A stretch of 64,000 nucleotides of DNA from Balanoglossus misakiensis (lineage: Eukaryota; Animalia; Hemichordata): assembly GCA_040954595.2 (NCBI GenBank), contig CM082587.2, forward strand, positions 9,739,403 through 9,803,402. Reading direction: 5' to 3'. The position numbers were made by a program, and so were the translations under genes. Shown piece after piece: positions 23,924-37,345 of this stretch. Below the pieces are notes generated by a model. That model did not search any database, had not been told where the DNA came from, and saw only the letters and a list, made by a program, of their open reading frames with translations. Numbering within the stretch: position 1 is the first letter of the stretch; each line of letters begins with the position of its first letter.

Positions 23924-26900
23924 GTATAGTTGTTAATAAAATGTTACTCCCACCCCAAGGGTTGTACTGGTACTTGAACTGTTAGTAAAATATCATGCCC
24001 ATGTTCCTAGTTATGAACTGAAACGTTTAGGCTAATCAACTGTAATGCTCATGTACTTGGTTTAGTAAAATGTCTGCCAATGTCTTGCCTAGTTCTACAA
24101 CTCATAATAAAATCCCATGCCCTCCCCTAGTTCCGTACTGTAGGGGTCAATAAAACGCATTATCTGGCCACCCCTAGCTCTTAAGTTGATCGTATGCCAT
24201 GCCGAAACCTAGTTCTGTATTGTGACTTAGAGCTTAGATGGTCCTATAAAGCTTATAAAACTTGTGCACACTCCAAATAGGCCGAAAATGTCATGTGTAC
24301 CGACTGATAATATACAGTCATTTCATCCCAGCTATGCACTCAAAAAATGACGTGGCATTAAACACTAGAGTTCGTGTACTGATCTGAGTGAAACAGATCC
24401 CGTAAGGAGTACGGTGCCCAGAGTACACGTGTACTAGTAGAGAAATGCCAAGTGTTGCTACATCTTCGCGCTTTGCCCGCCATTGCTCTCCGGAAAATAG
24501 GAGTGTGGTCGAGCGAACACGTGCGAGCGGAAAGTCGTGTTGCGACCGTCGGTGAGGCGAATTAAGACACAGCGCTAATAATAGTGTCTGTAACGACTAT
24601 CACACCAAAACTCATTTACAGTAAATATAAAAACAGACTACGTCGGAGAAGTCTTTCGACGTGTCTTCGTTCTCGAGGAGCCATTTGTATCTGCATTTGC
24701 ATACCAGAAAGCCACTCCTTCCAGCCTCGTTCGCAGGTGACTTGTTTGTAATTGCCAAAAGCGAGTTAGTCATGTGCTTAGTTTGTTGGGTGTCAATGTA
24801 ATCGTCCATGTTAACTTATTTGGTACAATTCGAGACATATGCACTCAAAAATGACGTGGCATTAAACACTAGAGGACGTGTACTGATCTGAGTGAATCAG
24901 ATCCCGTGAGGTTGCTATTGTGGGGTTTGCACTGGTATGGGAGGGCATATTCTCATCAAGGGGGACACCCTCGGGGCGCGACGACCCCTTCTGTACTGTT
25001 GCTGAAAAATACTTGTATATGAAAGTTGAAACAGTGATAGTTGCACATGAGGTATCTGATATGGCATAAACATAACAAAATAAAGTTTTGAATGTTGCTT
25101 GCAATCTGCAATTGCATGAAAATATTCTCTGTACTGTTAATAAAGTATAATGTCTGCTCCTAATTCTGCAAAACGTGTCATACTAAAATGTTATACCATT
25201 AGTGACACTATGACTAATAATAAAATATCATACTCTCCCCTTATGTATTTCAGCTGTTAATGAATTGATATTCCCATACCTATCTTTGTACTGGTACTAA
25301 GATATAAGTAAAATGTTACACTTATCCCAAGCATAGTACTGGTATTATAATTATAACTGGTAGTCCAATGCAATGCCCATCCCCTTGCTGTGTTAATTGA
25401 TAATAACGTGTCATACCCTCCCCTTGTTCTGTACTGTTGCTGTTAATAAAATGTTTGACAATACCTCATTGTACTACATGTAATACTTAACTGTAAGTAC
25501 AATATCATGCACATCCCTTGCTTTTTAGTAAAATGCCATGCCTTCCCCTAGTTCTGTACTATAACTGTTAGTCAAATGTCATGTCCAACACTCACTTTGT
25601 ACTATAAGTTACCAATAATAAAAATGGCATGCCCTCCCTGCTTCTCTATAGTTGTTAATAAAATGTTACTCCCACCCCAAGGGTTGTACTGGTACTTGAA
25701 CTGTTAGTAAAATATCATGCCCGTGTTCCTAGTTATGAACTGAAACGTTTAGGCTAATCAACTGTAATGCTCGTGTACTTGGTTTAGTAAAATGTCTGCC
25801 AATGTCTTGCCTAGTTCTACAACTCATAATAAAATGCCATGCCCTCCCCTAGTTCCGTACTGTAGGGGTCAATAAAACGCATTATCTGGCCACCCCTAGC
25901 TCTTAAGTTGATCGTATGCCATGCCGAAACCTAGTTCTGTATTGTGACTTAGAGCTTAGATGGTCCTATAAAGCTTATAAAACTTGTGCACACTCCAAAT
26001 AGGCCGAAAATGTCATGTGTACCGACTGATAATATACTGTCATTTCATCCCAGCTATGCACTCAAAAAATGACGTGGCATTAAACACTAGAGGACGTGTA
26101 CTGATCTGAGTGAAACAGATCCCGTAAGGAGTACGGTGCCCAGAGTACACGTGTACTAGTAGAGAAATGCCATGTGTTGCTACATCTTCGCGCTTCGCCT
26201 GCCATTGCTCTCCGGAAAATAGGAGTGTGGTTGAGCGAACACGTGCGAGCGGAAAGTCGTGTTGCGACCGTCGGTGAGGCGAATTAAGACACAGCGCTAA
26301 TAATAGTGTCTGTAACGACTATAACACCAAAACTCATTTACAGTAAATATAAAAACAGACTACGTCGGAGAAGTCTTTCGACGTGTCTTCGTTCTCGAGG
26401 AGCCATTTGTATCTGCATTTGCATACCAGAAAGCCACTCCTTCCAGCCTCGTTCGCGGGTGACTTGTTTGTAATTGCCAAAGGCGAGTTAGTCATGTGCT
26501 TAGTTTGTTGGGTGTCAATGTAATCGTCCATGTTAACTTATTTGGTACAATTCGAGACATATGCACTCAAAAATGACGTGGCATTAAACACTAGAGGACG
26601 TGTACTGATCTGAGTGAATCAGATCCCGTGAGGTTGCTATTGTGGGGTTTGCACTGGTATGGGAGGGCATATTCTCATCAAGGGGGACACCCTCGGGGCG
26701 CGACGACCCCTTCTGTACTGTTGCTGAAAAATACTTGTATATGAAAGTTGAAACAGTGATAGTTGCACATGAGGTATCTGATATGGCATTAACATAAACA
26801 TAACAAAATAAAGTTTTGAATGTTGCTTGCAATCTGCAATTGCATGAAAATATTCTCTGTAGTGTTAATAAAGTATAATGTCTGCTCCTAATTCTGCAAA

Positions 26901-29210
26901 ATGTGTCATACTAAAATGTTATACCATTAGTGACACTATGACTAATAATAAAATATCATACTCTCCCCTTATGTATTTCAGCTGTTAATGAAATGATATT
27001 CTCATCCCTATCTTTGTACTGGTACTAAGCTATAAGTAAAATGTTACACTTATCCCAAGCATAGTACTGGTATTATAACTGGTAGTCCAATGCAATGCCC
27101 ATCCCCTTGCTGTGTTAATTGATAATAACGTGTCATACCCTCCCCTTGTTCTGTACTGTTGCTGTTAATAAAATGTTTTGACAATACCTCATTGTACTAC
27201 ATGTAATACTTAACTGTAAGTACAATATCATGCACATCCCTTGCTTTTTAGTAAAATGCCATGCCTTCCCCTAGTTCTGTACTATAACTGTTAGTCATAT
27301 GTCATGTCCAACACTCACTTTGTACTATAAGTTACCAATAATAAAAATGTCATGCCCTCCCTGCTTCTCTATAGTTGTTAATAAAATGTTACTCCCACCC
27401 CAAGGGTTGTACTGGTACTTGAACTGTTAGTAAAATATCATGCCCATGTTCCTAGTTATGAACTTAAACGTTTAGGCTAATCAACTGTAATGCTCATGTA
27501 CTTGGTTGAGTAAAATGTCTGCCAATGTCTTGCCTAGTTTTACAACTCATAATAAAATGCCATGCCCTCCCCTAGTTCCGTACTGTAGGGGTCAATAAAA
27601 CGCATTATCTGGCCACCCCTAGCTCTTAAGTTGATCGTATGCCATGCCGAAACCTAGTTCTGTATTGTGACTTAGAGCTTAGATGGTCCTATAAAGCTTA
27701 TAAAACTTGTGCACACTCCAAATAGGCCGAAAATGTCATGTGTACCGACTGATAATAAACTGTCATTTCATCCCAGGTATGCACTCAAAAATGACGTGGC
27801 ATTAACACTAGAGGACGTGTACTGATCTGAGTGAATCAGATGCCGTGAGGAGTACGGTGCCCGGAGTACACGTGTACTAGTAGAGAAATGCCATGTGTTG
27901 CTACATCTTCGCGCTTCGCCTGCCATTGCTCTCCGGAAAATAGGAGTGTGGTTGAGCGAACACGTGCGAGCGGAAAGTCGTGTTGCGACCGTCGGTGAGG
28001 CGAATTAAGACACAGCGCTAATAATAGTGTCTGTAACGACTATAACACCAAAACTCATTTACAGTAAATATAAAAACAGACTACGTCGGAGAAGTCTTTC
28101 GACGTGTCTTCGTTCTCGAGGAGCCATTTGTATCTGCATTTGCATACCAGAAAGCCACGCCTTCCAGCCTCGTTCGCGGGTGACTTGTTTGTAATTGCCA
28201 AAGGGGAGTTAGTCATTAGTCTCGGTTACCCAGTGCCCTCTGCTTCTTCCGTTGGGCACTCCAGAAAGAGGGTCTGGGGAAACCCGGTAGACAAATCACC
28301 AGGCGGAATCGGGACAGCTGCGATGCATGACGGGAGATTATATTCCAAAATGGCGACGTCCTGCGCGCGAACTCACGGCCGACATGTATGACATACGATA
28401 AAGAAAACATGCTGAGAAGTGCTAGACCTGCTAAAACTGTATACAAATTGAAAAGAGAGAGAGAAGTTTGGTAAATAGTTTTCTAATATCGTCATATCAT
28501 AATATCTTATCGAATATTAATCTCCCGTCATGCATCGCAGCTGTCCCGATTCCGCCTGGCGATTTGTCTACCGGGTTTCCCCAGACCCTATTTCTGGAGT
28601 GCCTAACGGAAGAAGCAAAGGGGTCTGGGTAACCGAGACTAGTTAGTCATGTGCTTAGTTTGTTGGGTGTCAATGTAATCGTCCATGTTAACTTATTTGG
28701 TACAATTCGAGACATATGCACTCAAAAATGATGTGGCATTAAACACTAGAGGACGTGTACTGATCTGAGTGAATCAGATCCCGTGAGGAGTACGGTGCCC
28801 AGAGTACACTGTCCTAGTAAAGAAATGCCAAATGTTGCTACATCTTCGCGCTTCGCCCGCCAAGGTCGCCATTGCTCTCCGGAAAATAGGAGACTGCATG
28901 TAGTTGAGCGAGCACGTGCGAACGGACGATGGTGTTGTTACCGTCGACGAGGCGAATTAAGACACTGCGCTAATACTAGTGTCTGTCACGACTATCACAC
29001 CAAAACTGTCCTTTACAGTAAATATAAAAAAGCTATTTAAGTCGGAGAAGTCTTTCCACGAGTCTTCGATATCGAGGAGCCATTTGTATCTGCATAAATT
29101 TGCATTTCCAGTCTCGTTCGCGTAGGACTTGTTTGTATTTGTCAAAGGCGAGTTAGGCACGTGCTTAGTTTTTTGCGTATCAGTGTAATCGTCCATGGTA
29201 ACTTATTTGT
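23924..29210. repeat. ~1.72-kb tandem duplication array (about 3 units plus a diverged partial unit)
   Basis: TATAGTTGTTAATAAAATGTTACTCCCACCCCAAGGG recurs at ~23925, ~25646 and ~27370; duplicated ORF-track peptides at 24612/26334 and 24862/26584. Confidence 0.92.
28217..28641. mobile_element. AcademH-type MITE (9-bp TSD)
   Basis: TAGTCTCGGTTACCCAG...CTGGGTAACCGAGACTA with long TIRs; TSD GTTAGTCAT; the empty site is visible in the sister tandem units. Confidence 0.85.
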
Positions 29211-29226
29211 CTATTACATATTTTAA

Positions 29227-29730
29227 AGGCACGTAAGCTGTAACTTTTGGGATAATTTTCATAATTTTTGTTTCACACTGCACTACCATTAGTCCATGCA
29301 GATGAAGGCAGTGAACTATACACAAGCATTATAAACCCTAAATATGAGTGCATATGCCAGTTTTAACCAGATAAATAATAAAGCTTTGCCGCAAGCGATT
29401 ATGGCCGCCACTGTGGGAAAATGAAAGAAACAATGAAAATGTCGCATTTCCGGTTGTGAAACTTCATAAACAAAACATGATCTCATCCACTTGAGCTCAT
29501 GGAAGTAAATGTACACCACTGAGACATCAGATTTTCATTTTTCATTGCAATATTGCACTTTTTTAAAAATTTCAGGAATTTTCGTTTTTCTTTAATTTTT
29601 GGCCATTTTGTCATAAATAAGTGTTGAGCTTGATATATTATCATGAAATAGCATTTAATAGATATAATTAAAAGCATATATGAGATTATTTAAAACATTG
29701 ATTTTTTATCCAGTTGCAGCTTACGTTCCT
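29227..29730. mobile_element. Kolobok-type non-autonomous element
   Basis: TTAA|AGGCACGTAAGCTG...CAGCTTACGTTCCT|TTAA; second copy at 49267-50360 and a diverged reverse copy at ~8280-8700. Confidence 0.8.
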
Positions 29731-29847
29731 TTAATGTCATCTTTCTTATCAAGCCTTGATCTAATTACATGTTATTTTCGTAAACACCACGGGTTCACAG
29801 AGTTTTGCTTCCAGAATGTCTGCAGTTGAATACAGCACACACATCTG

Positions 29848-30271
29848 TAGCCCGGAGACACAGGCGTAGTAGGGGAAAAGGAACGCCCGGGGACAGTCTC
29901 TATTTACGCACCGAATTCTGTGCGCAGAACGACACGGGTGGTAAATCTTGTGTGTAAGCTAATTTGTCACTCAATGTAAACCAAATGACATCATCGCATT
30001 CTAAATAAGGAAATAGAGGTGGAGTCATGTGTGAAATTCCCGCAACGGGATGTGGGAGTGGTTTTGAAGGTGCATGAATATTCATAACCAAGCTATGTTA
30101 ATTATATCATCCAACCACTGGCGCCCGTCAACATTTGATAGATCACTCGATATCCATTCGTTACTAAGCGACCCTGATCGTTGCCAGGGCTACTATCTTT
30201 CAGCTCAGCAGGAAATTTCTCGACTGTCCCCGGGCGTTGTATTCTAGATCGACGCCTGTGTCTCCGGGCTA
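29848..30271. mobile_element. AcademH-type MITE (9-bp TSD)
   Basis: TAGCCCGGAGACACAGGCGT...ACGCCTGTGTCTCCGGGCTA; TSD ACACATCTG. Confidence 0.85.
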
Positions 30272-30860
30272 ACACATCTGCTTCTTGCCCCAATGTCAGA
30301 GAGCGTAGCAATAAATAATGTATGGTAATTACGTATACGTCCCTTTCTTAGATCAAAATCATTTAAGTTAACAAAATAATGGTAAGTACATTAAAAATTA
30401 AATGGGGGACGAGATAAGGGTGAAGCAATAGTAATTCAAATAAAATAAAATCTAAAATAGAGGGTATGCACGTGACGTCATCCACTGGAGAGTCGCCATG
30501 TTGGAGATACACTTCCGCGTACAGCGCGCCGCGTACGCGTACGATAACATAGCATTATGCTGGCGGTACGATCAACCCCGGACTTAAGTCGTGTCGCGCT
30601 AGCTTTTGGAGAGTGGTTTTGTCCTTGACATCAATTTCATGTATGGTGAGAATCAAATAAATATGATACTACCAATTCTGTTGTGTTTGTGTCTACTGTT
30701 TGACTCTGACATGTCTGTGTTTATGTTTCCGTAACAAGGTTACGTAACGGTAAACAAAAAATATATAAACAAACAAACGAACGAACGATCGAAAGTTTGA
30801 TTACGTCATATTGACCCCATTTGTGAACTCACGTACTTGTGCGCTTACTCATCCGTAACG

Positions 30861-32760
30861 ATGGTAAATTATTGTAATGTATACAAGTGCTGTAATCGAT
30901 CTGATAGGCAGTCTGATCGAAGTTACTTTAGACTTTCTGCTGTGATAACAAACCAAGGCGAAGTTTGCCAAGATTTGTCAAGTCGACGCCGCCAAAAGTG
31001 GTTGGCAAACATCGACCAAGACTTTGCCAGAAAAAACCTGGCAAACATTCGGGTTTGTTCAGATCCTTTCATTGGAAGTAAGTAAAATTTGACACATGTT
31101 CTTTTCTGGCATTAGCCTGACATGCAAACTGTTTTTCTAGTTGGTCTGCTGAATTTTTTTGTTGTTTTGAAAACAAAAAAGAAATACGCGTCGGCCGGCG
31201 GCAGCAGACGACAGTGTGCGTTGCGTAGCAACACCTACACAACTTTTGATAATAACCTGACTGTTGACCTCGAATGACCTTCTATGCGAATGCCAGGCAT
31301 ACTTAGACTGAACTTTCTGCAGGAAATAGTGGAATACTGGATAGTTTGTGATCAGTGGATATATTTCTGATCCAAATAAAGTAACTATAAATTTGCATAA
31401 AAAAATATTTATGGTCTTCTTTTATTATTGTTTTATTTAAATCTAAAAGTGATCTTGTCATAGATTTCCTTGTCCACAAAAGTGTTACACGTACCACTAA
31501 ACCTTATACCATATCACTACAGGAAAACCAGCAGACCTGTATGATTCCAATAACCCTGACTGGGCACCAACTATAGATATGGGAAATCATAAAGTCCTGT
31601 CAACACCAGTGTCATGCCAAAAAAGATATATAAGACAGCAGGAAAGAGAAGCGAAAAGAAGGGTAGTCGTTAGTGTATCAGCTACAGATGAAGCACCAGC
31701 TGCATGCCAGGATGGTAGTACTGGTAGCAACAGACGAGATATGGGAACACAAACATATATTGATGGAATTCTTTTTGACAGAAGAATTGCAACAGTTGAG
31801 ACAAGAGAAGATGGACTTACAGACTCACATACTTGGTCGGTCCAAGTCATTTTCAGACTATCGTCTCGATGACTTGAGCAATGAAGATGAAAAAGTAAAA
31901 TTTTGACAGGTTTGTCATCCTTTCTGGTGTTCTCCACGTTATATAATTATCTTGAGCCATACCTCCCAAATAAAAAATCAATGACCAGATTTCAAATTTT
32001 ATTTATGGTACTTATGCGTTTACGTCTGAATTTGGCTGAGCAGTTCCTTGGTTATGAGTTTCATGTTTCACAATCGACAATTTCTAGAATTTTTTGTGAT
32101 GTCATTAATGTATTGTATGCCAGGACAAAACATTTTGTTTTCTGGCCTTCACGTGATGTTCTTCAAAAGACTATGCAACTTGAATTTGTCAGATATTTTG
32201 GAAGGAAGATTGCTGTAATTATAGATTGTTTTGAAGTTTTCATTGAGAGGCCATCAAATCTTATGGCCAGAGCCCAGACATGGTCGTCATACAAACATCA
32301 TAATACTGTTAAGTTTTTATTAGGTATAACACCACAAGGTGCAATTTCTTTCATTTCAAAGGCATGGGGTGGGCGGGTCTCAGATAAATTCATTACAGAA
32401 CAATCAGGTTTTTTAAAAATATTTTACCAGGAGATGTTATCTTAGCTGACAGGGGTTTTAATATTCATGATTCACTTGGAAGTATATGTGCATCAGCTAA
32501 AATACCAGCATTCACCAGAGGGAAAAATCAATTATCACCCCTTGAAATAGAAGCAACCCGAAAAATAGCCCACTGCAGAATTCACGTAGAAAGAGTTATT
32601 GGTAGTGTCCGTCAGAAATATACAATTTTAAACAGCACTCTCCCCATTGATTATCTGACGACGAGGGAGGAGCAAAGATTATCAATGATTGACAAAATAT
32701 GTCATGTAAGCTGTACACTTACAAATTTATGTGAGCCCATTGTAAATGTTAAAAAGTAAA
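30861..32760 (+). pseudogene. THAP-domain DDE transposase (ISL2EU), frameshifted
   Basis: THAP MVNYCNVYKCCN...W...RVCSDPF (His replaced by Pro); intron ~31078-31522; [13 protein letters not shown]...[49 protein letters not shown]. Frameshifts near 31850-31905 and ~32415. Confidence 0.88.
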
Positions 32761-33457
32761 ATAGTTCACAAATGTTTCTCAATGTCAGACTTGACCATTA
32801 AATTTTTAAATTCCTTTGCAGTTCTTGTAATTACTCAGCCTAGCCGGCTGTCACAAGACATCGGTATTTCATTGTTATATATATTCCGGAAATATTTGGA
32901 AAGTTCTAGAAGGTCATTCGAATGTCAAGTTCTGGAGTTGTTCTGGAGTCGCGTTGAGCGATTGTACCAGCAGAGTGAATAAAGTTCACTGGTGTTTTCA
33001 CGGTGAAGACTTGCTATTGCGATAGCCTGTGTGTCTCCTTCAGTGTTACAGGGAGGTATGGCTCAATATTTTCTGTACTTTTGTCAACTCTTTTCTCGTT
33101 CTAGTAAATAAATACGCCACGTTGGCTTTTGCACTTTACTTTTCTTGTTTTGTGCACTCCCTCATTCAGGTGTATGGTTGTTACCCTTATTGATCAAACA
33201 TTTTGTTATTCTATGTCCCTTGTGAGAACCTTCCAAAAACATAGATTTTGATAGAATGATTTAGAAAACATCATTATATTGTAGAGAGGGTGTGTGTGTG
33301 AGGGCGTAATAACAACTGTAAGGTCAGGACACAATAATGTTTGATGCCAAATATGTGTTTTATTGCACTTCATGATTCATGATGTGACAATGACAATGTG
33401 ACAACATTTCTGTTGTCAAAGTTTTCCATCATCTTTCCATTACTGTCTATTAAAACA

Positions 33458-34722
33458 TTACTTCCTTCGACGATGAAACTGTGGAAGCTTTCTGCAATCA
33501 GGACAATACAATTTTTGGGTTTTTGGTGCCCTACTTATCTTTAAACATTCAAAATGAAACCACTTTAATTGGCAGTTTTCATTATCACAACATACCATGT
33601 TCCCTGATTCAAATTGCTGACAGTAACAGTACAGGTTATCGTCATTGGAATTCGCACCAATAGTGCTTGTATTTGGATCAATTCTTTTTAGAGTATTGTC
33701 AGTATTCGGTAACTTTGAGTAAAATTTCCCAACTAATTTTGGAAGAATAGCTGTTCTAAATATGTGTTCAGCCTTTTCACATGCAAAAGTCTCTATCAAA
33801 CTGGATAACCTCAACATGGATATTCTTTTCAGTCCAAACCACAAAATAGCCAAAATCATACTGGCAAACTCCCAATTGTGTCTGGACCTGATAGTAATAT
33901 GCATGCTTCTTATCTAATTTGAGAATGCCATCATCCTCTTTTTGCAAACAAAAACCACTACTGATGGCATCAGGTATTTCACTATCTCTTTTACAGTAGG
34001 GACATTTTATTTCAAGGCACCCCACTCCACAACAGTCACACGTGTCAATCCCATCAGGGGAAGCTCCCAAATGTGGCCAATCAGGGTTAATAATCAAACC
34101 ACAATCCTTTACCAAAACATTATCATGTTGCTTTGATATGTCAAATATGAATTTCTCTCTTGCTGTTTTTTCATGCTTGCAACCCCAAGTTGTGGCTTGT
34201 GAAAAAAACTTTATACTTTCTGGATGACAGATGCTCATGATTAAACTATGAGATGGGCTAGCTGGATCAGTATGGCATACTGACTTCATTTTAGATGCAG
34301 TTACTCTGCCTTCTCTGAAATGAAACCACAACTGAGAGTTTGCCTGATCACGTGTATTTCTTTCAACAGCTGCAGACTGTTCACTGATCATTTTTCAGTG
34401 ATGTCAAATTAATAGGAAAGTTATCACTAGAAGACTTCGGTAAGTAATCATCACAATAAGGGGAAGAAGTTGTCAAAATTGCTGCACGTGTGTTGGTACT
34501 TTGGAGTTCTCTGTATAACTCTGCCATATCCAGCTCAGATGCAAGTGGAACAGGGGTTGTATCACTAACACATGCCTGATTTACTGCCTGATTTACTCTA
34601 TCACTGGAACCCTCAAGCGAAGAAGTCAAAAGTTTCTTTTTCGATTTTGCGGACGTAAAGTCTATATCACACACTTCTCTATATTCCACTTTTTGTACTC
34701 CTCTCGGTAGCAGCCAATATCC
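33458..34722 (-). pseudogene. YqaJ/lambda-exonuclease plus C-terminal PHD finger (ISL2EU accessory gene), 5'-truncated and frameshifted
   Basis: TRDQANSQLWF..R.GRVTAS, HLGASPDG, LEIKCP, YYYQVQ.QL; PHD LYCYCQ...MVCCDN..C..KWFHFECL...YCPDC; split over three frames. Confidence 0.88.
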
Positions 34723-34896
34723 TTAAGATGAAATTCTCACCCTCAATTTTACACCAACACTGGTACAGCATTTTGCGAGAAAATGGCGAGGAACGCACAC
34801 TTTCTCACTGTTCCGCGAGAACCATGCGAGAACACAATATCCTCGCAAAAGGTAAGCGAGATTTGTGTTTTCTCGCAATAGGTCAGCGAGAATTAA

Positions 34897-36360
34897 TCAG
34901 CTATCGTCACTCCACTCCTGAAGAAACCGTCCCTGGATTTCAATATACTCAAGAATTATCGCCCTGTTTCCAATCTTCCATTTCTTTCCAAAGTACTCGA
35001 GAAGATCGTCGCGGCTCAAATCACTGACTACCTCACCAAAAACTCTCTCCAGGTACCATTACAGTCAGCATACAGAAAATACCACAGTACAGAAACTGCA
35101 CTTCTGAAAGTACACAACGACATCTGTTTATCCGTGGACTCTGGCAACTATGTTCTTCTCATCCTCCTTGATCTCTCCGGTGCTTTTGACACAATTGATC
35201 ACAATATACTACTTCATCGACTCTCGCATCTTGGTATCTCCGATGTCGCACTCAAAAGGTTCACTTCATATTTAAAGCAACGGGAACAGTCTGTTAAAAT
35301 CAATGATGTCATCAGTGAACCATCAGAACTCAGCTTCGGCGTCCCTCAGGGCTCAGTTCTCTGGCCTCTCTTGTTTACTATCTACATTGCTCCACTATCA
35401 AATTTGATACACAAGCACAATCTACATTTTCACCAGTACGCAGATGACAACCAGCTTTATCTTTCATTTTCTCATCATGACTCTCCCGCAGCCCTGACCC
35501 TGTCTTCGATTGAAACCTGCATTCTCGACATCAAGGAATGGATGACCCATAATAAACTCCAGCTTAATGTCAGTAAAACCGAAGTCCTTCTGATTCGCTC
35601 CAAGTTTAACACGTCACCAGATCCTATTAACAGTGTCAACATTGGTTCCACTTCTGTCACACCAGTCTCATCTGCTCGCAATATAGGCATGATCTTCGAC
35701 AGTAATCACATGTTCAGTCAGCACATAAAGTACACCTGCAAATCGATCTACAGTCACCTCCGCCGAATTGGATCTATACGACGTTACATCACCAACGAGA
35801 CTTGCCAAACCTTAGTACATGCAACTCTATCTGCCAAACTTAACTACTGTAACTCACTCCTGTATGGTCTCCTAGAAAACACAATCGCCCTACTTCAAAG
35901 AGCTCAGAATACTTCAGCCAGAATAGTCATGCGCACTAGGAAATTCACGCCTATCACTCCAGTTCTTGCCCAGCTCCATTGGTTACCAGTTCGTCTCAGG
36001 ATCGACTACAAAATTTTGTTGATAACTTTTAAAGTTATCCATAACCAGAATCTGTAGCCATACACTCCCACTCGTACACTGCGTTCATCCACCAAGAAAC
36101 TCTTAACATACACAACCTACAAAAACAAGACCTATGGCGGCCGTGCCTTCTCCTATGCAGCCCCTAAACTGTGGAACGCACTACCTCTTGACATCAGGGA
36201 ATCAACAAACCTGGAGACTTTCAAAAGAAAACTGAAAACTCATATGTTCGAAAGAGCATACAGTGTGGTTTAACCATGTGCGTCATTGGGCAAAATTTCT
36301 TGTTTTGGATTTTGGCGCTATATAAACTTTGTGTTGATAGATTGATTGATTGATTGATTG
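34897..36360 (+). mobile_element. 5'-truncated CR1/L2-clade LINE reverse transcriptase
   Basis: NYRPVSNL, QSAYRKYHSTETAL, LDLSGAFDTIDH, GVPQGSVL, YADDNQLY, LHWLPV; (GATT)n 3' tail; probable TSD GAGAATTAA (34888-34896, 36360-36368). Confidence 0.92.
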
Positions 36361-37139
36361 AGAATTAACTTTTCTCGCGCTGCATATGCGAGAAATTTAA
36401 TTCTCACAGTCAACCGAGTGTAGCCAATGTAAGGTCGGGAAAAGAGTATACAGATAAAGATGCAAAGTGGGTAAACTATTTTCTCGCGACTGTCTGCAAT
36501 ACTTCACTTGCAGATTTCTCGCTGGACCTGTTGCGATGAAGATTGTGTTCTTGCATGCTTGAACAGCGAGAAAGTGTCCGGGACTCCGTTCCTCGCCATT
36601 TTCTCACAAAATGCTGTTACTAGTGCAATCTGTACACAAATGAACCATGTGACCATTTGGAACAAATTAACTTCATTAATTAGTTGACACACTCTCTTTG
36701 CGATGACGACCATCTTGCCCGCAGACTTTGCGAGCTGTACGTTCGCGAACGAGGCTGGTAGGCGTAACTTCTTTGCAAAATTAGATACATGAGATGAGGG
36801 CACCTCGTGCTGACCTCAGGAGGGGACACAGTCTGTGTAGGACTTCGGACGCTGTTACAGTCTTAGGGTTTATCGCTATACAGTCATCAGTAAAGACCTC
36901 TCCGTTTGCATGATGATTGTCGCTAGCAGTGTTGGTAGACTCAATTTTGGTATTGTGTCGAAGAATCACCACAGGCCGCACCGAAAATCAACTTGCGAAA
37001 ATCTCTTTTTTTGAGACACGTCGTACTCTGGGCACTGTTCACTCAGATCAGTACATGTCCTCTAGTGTTAATGTCGCATTTAGTCTATCAGAACAGTTAT
37101 TGAACAGCAGTAGGACAAACCTCCAAATTTAGCGACTGC

Positions 37140-37345
37140 CTACAATATGTCTGCGCATGCTCAGACCCTGTATTTGCATATAGTGACGTCCCTGGCATGG
37201 AAATGCGGAAGTATTTGTCGAAGTTCGCTCTTGGATGTTATCGGCCTGTTATTGACGTTATGTACATCGACTTTCGGGTATTTTCCGTTTGAACTTGTAC
37301 GTCACACCCTCCCTTCCAGCATGGCGTCGTGTGAACACGGTAAGT
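37140..37345 (+). promoter_or_regulatory. Candidate housekeeping-type promoter and short first exon
   Basis: TGCGCATGC (NRF1-like), TGACGTC (CRE-like) and CGGAAGT (ETS-like) motifs upstream of ATGGCGTCGTGTGAACACG|GTAAGT (37321-37345). Confidence 0.35.

Larger units (their letters stand above)
30459..34722. mobile_element. ISL2EU/IS4EU-type (Harbinger-related) DNA transposon, right end truncated
   Basis: Probable left end AT|AGAGGGTATGCACGTGACGTCA; convergent THAP-DDE transposase and YqaJ exonuclease-PHD genes, which is the ISL2EU layout. No matching right TIR found. Confidence 0.82.

Noticed and set aside
32850-33050. Possible solo LTR (TGTCACA...TGTTACA with AATAAA) between the ISL2EU genes
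   Set aside because: No matching TSD and no second copy in the window, so it could not be supported.
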